Part shown: piece by piece, positions 7,786-14,000 of the stretch
How positions within the stretch are numbered: position 1 is the stretch's first letter
How the letters are laid out: every line of letters starts with the position of its first letter
Source of the DNA: an uncultured Anaerolineaceae bacterium
GTDB lineage: Bacteria > Chloroflexota > Anaerolineae > Aggregatilineales > Aggregatilineaceae
Direction of reading: 5' to 3'
DNA: 14,747 bases
NCBI GenBank assembly: GCA_964427955.1
Contig: CAYRWY010000106.1
Coordinates: 1 to 14,747, forward strand
Program-made: the position numbers and the translations under genes
The notes under the pieces: generated by a model
What the model saw: the letters and a program-made list of their open reading frames with translations, nothing else
What the model was told of the DNA's origin: nothing
Database searches by the model: none

Positions 7786-8943
7786 ATGTCCGAACCCTCG
7801 CTCCTTACGACTGAATTTGCTCCGCCCGAACGCGCCGCGCAGGGCGAACTGGAGCAGCAGATTCAGTATTTCGCCACCATCAAGAATCTGGCCGACTTTC
7901 TGAATGCCGTCCCGAACGTGTTTCTGGTACTCAACGCGCACCGCCAGACTGTCTTCGCCAACCAGGCACTGTTGGAGACGCTCGGTCTATCGGACGCGCA
8001 GTGCATCTGGGGCAAGCGGCCCGGCGAGATTCTGAACTGCATCCATGCCCAGGAGAACGAGGCCGGGTGCGGAACGACCGAATTCTGCCGGACGTGCGGC
8101 GCTGTGCAGACTATCCTGGCCGGGCTGCAAGGTGGTTCGATGGTGTCCGAGTGCCGGATCACCCAGCAGAGCGGCAACGCGCTGGACCTGCGTGTCTCAG
8201 GCGCGCCGTTTGTGGCGAATGGGCACACGTTCTGCCTGTTTGCGGTCGAGGACATCAGCAGCGAAAAGCGCCGGACCGTGTTGGAGCACCTGTTCTTCCA
8301 CGATATTCTTAATCTCGCCGGGGTGCTGCTGGGCTATTCCGAGATGCTGACCGAGGGGCTAGACACGAGCAGCCCGGCGGTCCAGTTGGCCCAGACGATG
8401 TATCAGGCCACCATCCGCCTGATCGATGAGATCAAGAGCCAGCGGGAGCTGGTCGCCGCCGAACGCGGCGATCTGACGCCCCGGCCCGCCCCGGTCGAAG
8501 CCCGGTCGTTTCTGGACAACATCCGCGAGTTCTACCAGGCTCACGAAATCGCCACCCAGCGCCAGGTGCGGATCGGTCCGCAGGTCGAGGATGTCCTGTT
8601 TGAGTGCGATCCGGCCCTGCTCGAACGGGTCCTGGGCAACCTGACCAAAAACGCCCTGGAAGCCGTCTCGCCGGGCGAGGCCGTAACGCTGGCCTGCCGC
8701 CGGGCGGGGGACCAGGTGATCTTCACCGTGCACAACCCCACGGTGATGCCGCGCGAGGTCCAGCTCCAGGTGTTCCAGCGGTCGTTTTCGACCAAAGAAC
8801 GGGGACACGGGCTGGGCACCTACAGCGTCAAGCTGTTCACCGAACGCTATCTGGGGGGCCGCGTGACGTTCAGTTCGATCCCGGTGGAAGGGACGTGCTT
8901 TACGGTCGCGCTTCCCGTACAGCCTTCGTACCTGCGGGGCTAG
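7786..8943 (+). CDS. Cytoplasmic sensor histidine kinase, paralog of 6608..7699, with the same PAS-like Cys4 motif and the same DHp/CA motifs
   Basis: NCIHAQENEAGCGTTEFCRTCGA, FFHDILNLAGV, LERVLGNLTKNALEA and FQRSFSTKERGHGLGTYSVKL are colinear with kinase 1. I prefer ATG 7786 (MSEPSLLTTEF...) over the track's GTG 7753 because of the RBS and promoter spacing; both are possible. The 25-aa N-terminal extension relative to kinase 1 is real either way. Confidence 0.85.
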   Translation: MSEPSLLTTEFAPPERAAQGELEQQIQYFATIKNLADFLNAVPNVFLVLNAHRQTVFANQALLETLGLSDAQCIWGKRPGEILNCIHAQENEAGCGTTEFCRTCGAVQTILAGLQGGSMVSECRITQQSGNALDLRVSGAPFVANGHTFCLFAVEDISSEKRRTVLEHLFFHDILNLAGVLLGYSEMLTEGLDTSSPAVQLAQTMYQATIRLIDEIKSQRELVAAERGDLTPRPAPVEARSFLDNIREFYQAHEIATQRQVRIGPQVEDVLFECDPALLERVLGNLTKNALEAVSPGEAVTLACRRAGDQVIFTVHNPTVMPREVQLQVFQRSFSTKERGHGLGTYSVKLFTERYLGGRVTFSSIPVEGTCFTVALPVQPSYLRG

Positions 8944-8960
8944 ATTGGGTTTTGGAACAG

Positions 8961-8969
8961 TGGTATAAT
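8961..8969 (+). promoter_or_regulatory. Extended -10 promoter element TGgTATAAT for efp
   Basis: cagtggtataatgg, about 68 nt upstream of ATG 9037. Confidence 0.4.
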
Positions 8970-9036
8970 GGCGTGCCGTGAACACAGTGGCCGGGAATCG
9001 CATGGGCCAGAGCGGCAAGGATAAGAGAAACCTCCT

Positions 9037-9594
9037 ATGATTGATGTAAATCAGCTTCGTAAAGGCACTAATTTCACCTACGACGGTGAGCTTTACAAGG
9101 TGTTGGATTACCAGCACATTAAGCCGGGCCGCGGCAATGCGACCATCCGCGTGGGCGTGCGCAATCTGCGCTCCGGGGCCACGCGCGAGATGACCTTCAC
9201 GTCGGGTGACCGGGTGGAAGACATCCGCATCGACACGACGGTGGTGGAATACCTGTTTGCGGACGATGAATTCATCACCTTCATGGACGTGGAAACTTAC
9301 GAGCAGCCGCAACTGCGCCGCGACCTGTTCGGCGATGATTTCCTGTACCTCAAGGAAAACATGCAGCTCAAGCTGCTGAGCTATGGGTCCGAGATCATCG
9401 ACTACGAGCTGCCTGCCAACGTCGATCTGAAAATCGTCGATGCCGAGATGGCCATCGCGGGCAACACCGCGACCGGCGCGACCAAAAAAGTGGTCTGCGA
9501 AACCGGTCTACAGGTGACCGTTCCGCTGTTCGTCAACGTGGGCGACACCATTCGCGTCGACACGCGCGACCGCTCGTACGTCACACGCGTCTAA
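9037..9594 (+). CDS. efp: Translation elongation factor P
   Basis: The 185-aa product aligns end to end with bacterial EF-P. Matching segments include MIDVNQLRKGTNFTYDGELYKVLDYQHIKPGRGNA, GDTATGATKKV and VPLFVNVGDTIRVDTRDRSYV. The conserved loop reads KPGRG, not KPGKG. Confidence 0.95.
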   Translation: MIDVNQLRKGTNFTYDGELYKVLDYQHIKPGRGNATIRVGVRNLRSGATREMTFTSGDRVEDIRIDTTVVEYLFADDEFITFMDVETYEQPQLRRDLFGDDFLYLKENMQLKLLSYGSEIIDYELPANVDLKIVDAEMAIAGNTATGATKKVVCETGLQVTVPLFVNVGDTIRVDTRDRSYVTRV

Positions 9595-9607
9595 TGGAGC
9601 ACACGAT

Positions 9608-9692
9608 TGGAATTCGCATGATCGGTAAGGGTTGTTAGTTTTTAGTTGTAAAAACTAACCACTAAAAACCAATAACATGGTGCGAATTCTAT
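9608..9692. repeat. AT-rich structured element: a 9-bp inverted repeat (GAATTCGCA ... TGCGAATTC, each with an EcoRI site) flanking a perfect 11-bp stem / 4-nt loop hairpin (GTTAGTTTTTA gttg TAAAAACTAAC, about 9634..9659)
   Basis: Read directly from the sequence. The region is strongly AT-rich against a roughly 65% GC background. It has no following T-run, so it is not a canonical intrinsic terminator. Confidence 0.6.
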
Positions 9693-9734
9693 TTGTTTTC
9701 TCCATAAGCCCGACGTGTCAAAAGCATATCTTGA

Positions 9735-9764
9735 AAGGCCGGCTCGTGTTCCGGTCTTTTTTGT
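9735..9764 (+). terminator. Candidate intrinsic terminator for efp: stem GGCCGG / CCGGUC (one G-U pair), 8-nt loop, then UUUUUU
   Basis: aaaggccggctcgtgttccggtcttttttgtt. The stem is short, so the call is moderate to weak. Confidence 0.4.
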
Positions 9765-9789
9765 TAAGAAGTGGCAGTCCTGCTAGTAT
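9760..9789 (+). promoter_or_regulatory. Near-consensus sigma70-like promoter: -35 TTGTTA, 17-bp spacer, -10 TAGTAT. It probably drives the 9823..13179 gene group
   Basis: ttgttaagaagtggcagtcctgctagtatcg. The -10 sits about 35 nt upstream of ATG 9823. It overlaps small inverted repeats (tcctgc..gcagga, ggcag..ctgcc) that could be an operator. Confidence 0.5.
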
Positions 9790-9822
9790 CGCTGGCAGGA
9801 TCATCTGCCTGGGAGATTGCTT

Positions 9823-10179
9823 ATGCGGACACCTGCGGGTAAAGAGTGCCCTCATTATTACGAAGACTTCATGCGCGGGCGGCACGTGCAAGAGTGCCGC
9901 CTGGCCAAAGAGAACTCCGAGTCGCTGCGCTGGAAGGCGGGCGACTGCGCGAAATGCCCCGTGCCGGAGATTTTGCAGGCCAACGCCAGCCCGGACATGG
10001 AACTGACTCTCACCATCCGGGGGGCGCTGCTGGGCTTTGTGCGCCAGATGAAGGTCACGGCGCGCTGCCTCAAGCACGACCGCCCGATTGACAATCCCTA
10101 CGTCGGCTGTCCGCTGGACGCCGAAGAAAATGACGCCCTGCGCCTGTTCAAAGACGCGCTGGAAAAGTCCGACGAGTAG
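9823..10179 (+). CDS. Small (about 119 aa) Cys-rich hypothetical protein, possibly a zinc-ribbon-like metal-binding protein
   Basis: I take the ATG at 9823, within track ORF 9817..10179. The product is MRTPAGKECPHYYEDFMRGRHVQECRLAKENSESLRWKAGDCAKCPVPEIL...ARCLKH...VGCPLD (CP-x-YY, EC, DCAKCP). I do not recognise the family. The CDS call rests on the promoter, a frame track-confirmed from 9817 to the stop, and tight coupling to the next gene. Confidence 0.55.
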   Translation: MRTPAGKECPHYYEDFMRGRHVQECRLAKENSESLRWKAGDCAKCPVPEILQANASPDMELTLTIRGALLGFVRQMKVTARCLKHDRPIDNPYVGCPLDAEENDALRLFKDALEKSDE

Positions 10180-10196
10180 AAAAACGGAGGGTTGCG

Positions 10197-11231
10197 ATGC
10201 TTCATCCTACACTGGACGACTGGCGTAATCTGTATGGGCTGATGGATCGTGTGAAGACGCTGGCTCCCTGGCGTTGGATGAATGAAGACGCTATCTTCAG
10301 CGTGCAGAATCCCGACGGCGGAGAACAGGGGTACGTGAGCGTGATGGGGACGCTCGGCGAGCACCTGGCCATCAGCGTGTACCTGGGGGCGCGGGGCCTG
10401 TCCGGCTTCTGGAGTATGCAGGAGGCTGGTCCGGCGATTCAACCGGAGCGGCTGTTCGAAATTCCGCAGCTTCAGGCGTCGTTCGAGGATCGGGATCAGC
10501 TCGACGACCACGACCGTGCGAATATCAAAGAGCTTGGCCTCAAATATCGCGGCAAACAGGCCTGGCCGCACTTTCGCAGCTACCGCCCCAGCTTTGTCCC
10601 CTGGTATCTGGAGCAGGCCGAAGCGCGCTTCCTGGCGGCGATCCTGGAACAACTGCTGGACGTTGCTCCCCGTTACCAGTTGAATCACGCCCTGTTCCGC
10701 GGACCCACGCGCGATCATTATCTGTGCCGCGTACCGCGCGGCAGCGGGGATAGCCGCACCTGGGAGGACCAGTTCATCGTACCGGCGCAGGAGGAAACGG
10801 TCGGCCTCAACCTGCGCATGAACCTGGAGGCGCTGAACTATTTGAAGAAACTGCCGCCCACCCGGCAGCAGGTCGAGATCGACCTGTTCATGCTGCTGTC
10901 CGGCGTTCGGGAAAAAGGCGAGGATGCTCGTCCTTACTTCCCGTCCGTGCTGCTGACCCTGGACGTGCGCAGTAAGATGGTGATCGGGACCGAAATGATT
11001 CCCCCGCTGCCCACCCTGGAAAGTGTGTATGAGCAGACCCCGGGCTATGTCGTGACCCAACTGGCGCAGGCGGGCTTGCGTCCGGGCGTCGTCACGGTGC
11101 GCCACGATATGCTGTATCAGGTTTTGGGGCCGATCTCCAAAGAACTGGGCTTCAAGCTGATCAAGCGTCGCCATCTCCCCAATCTGGACAAGGCGAGGAT
11201 GTCGCTGATGCAGTGGATGGGCGTCTACTAG
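10197..11231 (+). CDS. Hypothetical soluble 344-aa protein of unrecognised family
   Basis: GGAGG lies 8 nt upstream of the ATG, and the gap to the upstream gene is 17 nt (operonic). No TM segments or nucleotide-binding motifs are apparent. There is an acidic patch (EDRDQLDDHDRANIKELGLKYRGKQAWPHFRSYRPSF). Confidence 0.75.
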   Translation: MLHPTLDDWRNLYGLMDRVKTLAPWRWMNEDAIFSVQNPDGGEQGYVSVMGTLGEHLAISVYLGARGLSGFWSMQEAGPAIQPERLFEIPQLQASFEDRDQLDDHDRANIKELGLKYRGKQAWPHFRSYRPSFVPWYLEQAEARFLAAILEQLLDVAPRYQLNHALFRGPTRDHYLCRVPRGSGDSRTWEDQFIVPAQEETVGLNLRMNLEALNYLKKLPPTRQQVEIDLFMLLSGVREKGEDARPYFPSVLLTLDVRSKMVIGTEMIPPLPTLESVYEQTPGYVVTQLAQAGLRPGVVTVRHDMLYQVLGPISKELGFKLIKRRHLPNLDKARMSLMQWMGVY

Positions 11232-11237
11232 CCCCCT

Positions 11238-11266
11238 GTCAGATGAGTGTCAGATGAGTGTCAGAT
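11238..11266. repeat. Perfect tandem direct repeat GTCAGATGAGT x2.6 (11-bp unit), immediately after the 10197..11231 stop and about 90 bp upstream of the flotillin start
   Basis: ctgtcagatgagtgtcagatgagtgtcagataaaa read directly from the sequence. The 11-bp period is about one helical turn. Confidence 0.85.
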
Positions 11267-11355
11267 AAAAATCGGGTCAACCACGCCGTTCGCGGTAAGC
11301 TTAGGATCGGTGTTGTGTTTTCCTAACTGGGCGGCATCCAACTGGAGGTGGCCCC

Positions 11356-13179
11356 ATGTCTGATTTTCTTCCGATCTTATGTCTGGCAGGACTGGCCGTA
11401 CTGCTGTTGTTTGTGCTGGCCTTTTCCCGTGTGATCCTGGGACTGGTCATCATCAACGAGCGGCAGGTCGGCGTGGTGATCAAGAAACTCTCCCGGCACA
11501 GTCTCCCCGCCGGGCAGTTCGTCGCGCTGAATGGGGAAGCGGGCTACCAGGCCGATACGCTGGCTCCCGGCTGGCATTTCTGGCGCTGGCCCTGGGTCTA
11601 CACCGTCCAGAAAGCCCCGGTGATCGTCGTACCGCAGGGCGAGATCGCGCTGGTGGTCGCCGCCGACGGCGTGTCGATCCCGCCGGAGCGCATCCTGGGC
11701 CGCATCGTCCCCTGCGATAACTTTCAGGACGCCCGCAAGTTCCTGATGAAGGGGGGCGAAAAAGGCCGCCAGTTGGGGATTCTGACCGCCGGGACGTATC
11801 GCATCAACCGCGCATTGTTCAACGTCATCACGGCGGAAACGGCCCGTGAAAATGGCATGGCTCCCGAACTGCTCCAGGTCCACCGCGTCGCGCCGGATCG
11901 CGTCGGGATCGTGACGACCCTGGACGGGATGCCCATCGAGCAGGGCGAGATCGCCGGGCCGATTGTCGAGGGCCACGATAACTTCCAGAACGCGCAGAAC
12001 TTCATCGCGGCGGGCGGGCGGCGTGGCTTGCAGGAGCAAATTCTGCTGTCCGGCGCGTGGAACCTGAACCCCTGGTTCGTGCAGGTCGAGCAGGTGCCCA
12101 TGACCGAAATTCCCATCGGCTACGTCGGCGTCGTGATCTCGTATGTCGGCAAGGCACACGAGGACGTCAGCGGCGCGGAATTCAAGCACGGCGATCTGGT
12201 CAATGCCGGGCACAAGGGTGTGTGGGTGACCCCGCTCTATCCCGGCAAGCACCCGATCAACAACCGGGTCATGAAGACCGAGCTGGTCCCGACGACCAAT
12301 ATCGTGCTCAACTGGGCGGATCGCACCGAGGCGCACAACTATGACGCCAAGCTGTCGTCGATCACCGTGCGCTCGCGGGACGGCTTCGCCTTCGACCTGG
12401 AAGTCTCGCAGATCATTCACGTCGGGGCGTTGGATGCGCCGAAGGTGATCTCGCGCGTCGGCTCGATGCAAAATCTGGTCGATCACGTGTTGCAGCCCAT
12501 CGTCGGCAACTACTTCCGCAACGCGGCACAGAACTACACCGTGCTCGACTTTCTGATCGCGCGCAGCGAGCGCCAGTCGGAAGCCGCGCAGCACATCCGC
12601 GAGGCGATTGGGCTGTACGACGTGCAGGCGATTGACACCCTGATCGGCCACATCACACCGCCCGAAGCGCTGATGCAAACCCTGACCGACCGCAAGATCG
12701 CGGAGGAACAGCGCAAAACCTACGAGGTCCAGCAGGAAGCGCAGACCCAGCGCCAGCAGTTGGTCCGCGAAACGTCGATGGCCGACATCCAGCAGCAGAT
12801 GGTCAAGTCGGAGCAGGGCGTGAACATTGCCGGGCTGGACGCCGATGCCCGCATCAAGCAGGCGACCGGCGAGGCCGAATCGATCAAACTGCGCGCGGCG
12901 GCGGATGCCGAAGCGATCCGGATCACCGGCGTGGCGAAGGCGCAGACCTACAAACTGGGCGCGCAGGCGCTCGGCGCGCAGAGCTACACCGCGCTCCAGT
13001 TGATGCAGTTGGTGGGCGAGAACCAGATTCGCGTCGTGCCCGATGTCGCCGTCAGCGGCAGCGCCGGGGGCGGCGGCCTGGTCGATGCGCTGATCGGCAT
13101 GATGCTGCGCAACCGTGTCGGCGGCGATGGCGACGTCTCGCAGGTCTTCGTCGATCCGGACAAACCGGCGGCTGGCTAA
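11356..13179 (+). CDS. SPFH/Band-7 domain flotillin-family membrane protein (FloT/YqiK-like)
   Basis: N-terminal TM segment (FLPILCLAGLAVLLLFVLAF). The SPFH-like region has the duplicated motif GxxIVxxxDNFQxAxxFxxxGG. The C-terminus is an Ala/Glu/Gln-rich coiled coil with flotillin-type repeats (IKQATGEAESIKLRAAADAEAIRITGVAKAQTYKLGAQALGAQSY). The RBS is GGAGGTGG. Confidence 0.9.
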   Translation: MSDFLPILCLAGLAVLLLFVLAFSRVILGLVIINERQVGVVIKKLSRHSLPAGQFVALNGEAGYQADTLAPGWHFWRWPWVYTVQKAPVIVVPQGEIALVVAADGVSIPPERILGRIVPCDNFQDARKFLMKGGEKGRQLGILTAGTYRINRALFNVITAETARENGMAPELLQVHRVAPDRVGIVTTLDGMPIEQGEIAGPIVEGHDNFQNAQNFIAAGGRRGLQEQILLSGAWNLNPWFVQVEQVPMTEIPIGYVGVVISYVGKAHEDVSGAEFKHGDLVNAGHKGVWVTPLYPGKHPINNRVMKTELVPTTNIVLNWADRTEAHNYDAKLSSITVRSRDGFAFDLEVSQIIHVGALDAPKVISRVGSMQNLVDHVLQPIVGNYFRNAAQNYTVLDFLIARSERQSEAAQHIREAIGLYDVQAIDTLIGHITPPEALMQTLTDRKIAEEQRKTYEVQQEAQTQRQQLVRETSMADIQQQMVKSEQGVNIAGLDADARIKQATGEAESIKLRAAADAEAIRITGVAKAQTYKLGAQALGAQSYTALQLMQLVGENQIRVVPDVAVSGSAGGGGLVDALIGMMLRNRVGGDGDVSQVFVDPDKPAAG

Positions 13180-13200
13180 TCTCCCATTCGATTTCGACAC

Positions 13201-13244
13201 AAAAAACGGCGGCTCTCCACCCGGAGGGCCGCCGCTGTTTTTAT
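13201..13244. terminator. Bidirectional rho-independent terminator shared by the convergent flotillin (+) and pilin-like (-) genes
   Basis: aaaaaa CGGCGGCTCTCC accc GGAGGGCCGCCG ctgttttta. It has a 12-bp GC-rich stem with one mismatch, an A-run 5' and a T-run 3'. Confidence 0.7.
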
Positions 13245-13259
13245 TCCCGTGCTGCGCGA

Positions 13260-13733
13260 TCAGGGGACATTGGCCTTGATGGTGCATTTCCCGGTGTTGC
13301 CGTCCGCATCATAGGCCACGGCGGCGAACTCATGCGGCCCCTTGGATCCGGTATAGGGATCGCAGGCCGCATCCCCGCCGATCAGGCAGTAGCGGTAGTG
13401 GACCTCGTTGTTGCGGGGGATGCCATCGACATAGAACTGGACATTCGTGATGTTGTTTTCCCCGACGTTGTCGGTCACCTGCGCTTCGAGTCGGAAGGGG
13501 GAGTTGGAGACGATGTTACAGCTCACGTCCAGTGCCACGCAGAAGGGGGCATCGATATTCGGATCGATTGAAAAGGCCGCTTTGCAGTAGGTCTTTTGCA
13601 CCCGATCCCCGAAGAAGGACGCGATCAGAATGACGACGACCGCGACCAGGATCAGGATCAGGGCATATTCGACCAGCCCCTGACCCCGTTCCCTTATTCT
13701 GGGCTTACCGTCTTTTTCCTTATGTGGTTCCAT
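13260..13733 (-). CDS. Prepilin-type (class III signal peptide) Flp/TadE-like pilin or pseudopilin-like protein with a 6-Cys C-terminal globular domain
   Basis: MEPHKEKDGKPRIRERG|QGLVEYALILILVAVVVILIASFF has a basic leader, the G/XXXXEY processing motif with E at +5, and a hydrophobic helix. The C-terminal roughly 110 aa contain six Cys (YCK, FCVALDVSC, YCLIGGDAAC, GKC). GAGG lies 6 nt upstream on the minus strand. Confidence 0.8.
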   Translation of the reverse strand: MEPHKEKDGKPRIRERGQGLVEYALILILVAVVVILIASFFGDRVQKTYCKAAFSIDPNIDAPFCVALDVSCNIVSNSPFRLEAQVTDNVGENNITNVQFYVDGIPRNNEVHYRYCLIGGDAACDPYTGSKGPHEFAAVAYDADGNTGKCTIKANVP

Positions 13734-13777
13734 AAGACCTCACAGATGATAGATAAATTACCGGACGACATAATCTC

Positions 13778-13783
13778 ATTATA
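13778..13783 (-). promoter_or_regulatory. Candidate -10 TATAAT (minus strand) for the pilin-like gene, about 45 nt upstream of its ATG
   Basis: The plus-strand attata at 13778-13783, reverse-complemented, reads TATAAT. Confidence 0.35.
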
Positions 13784-13844
13784 CGTTGATTTCGCGGCGA
13801 AAATGAACTGTATGTAAATTCTTACCAAACTTGATGAATGAGTT

Positions 13845-13874
13845 AATAAAAAAGCCCGGTCGGGGGGACCGGGC
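13845..13874 (-). terminator. Terminator-like hairpin oriented on the minus strand: GCCCGGTC ggggg GACCGGGC, an 8-bp perfect stem followed on the minus strand by UUUUUUAUU
   Basis: aataaaaaagcccggtcggggggaccgggcgg read directly from the sequence. It lies inside the divergent intergenic region, upstream of the pilin-like gene's putative promoter. Confidence 0.5.
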
Positions 13875-14000
13875 GGAATCGCTTGGCGAGTATGAAACTA
13901 CTGTACCTCGTTCTCGTGCACCGCGCCAATTTTTGGGCGATTATTCCGGCATCGAGCAGCGATAATATTCCCTAACGTTTACCGGAGAAAGGGGTTAACC

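Noticed and set aside
9634-9659. Perfect 11-bp hairpin downstream of efp read as the efp intrinsic terminator
   Set aside because: The stem is entirely A/T and there is no following U-run. The weaker GC hairpin plus T6 at about 9735-9764 is the more plausible terminator. The AT hairpin is reported as a structured or regulatory element instead.
9677-10006. 109-aa ORF starting inside the AT-rich island, and the overlapping 9846..10091 ORF
   Set aside because: It runs across the promoter and across the start of the better-supported 9823..10179 gene in a different frame. It has no RBS. Its translation is Arg/Cys/Ala-rich nonsense.
11238-11266. Tandem 11-bp repeats as a possible CRISPR array
   Set aside because: The unit is far too short. 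The copies are contiguous with no spacers. There are only about 2.6 copies and no cas genes.
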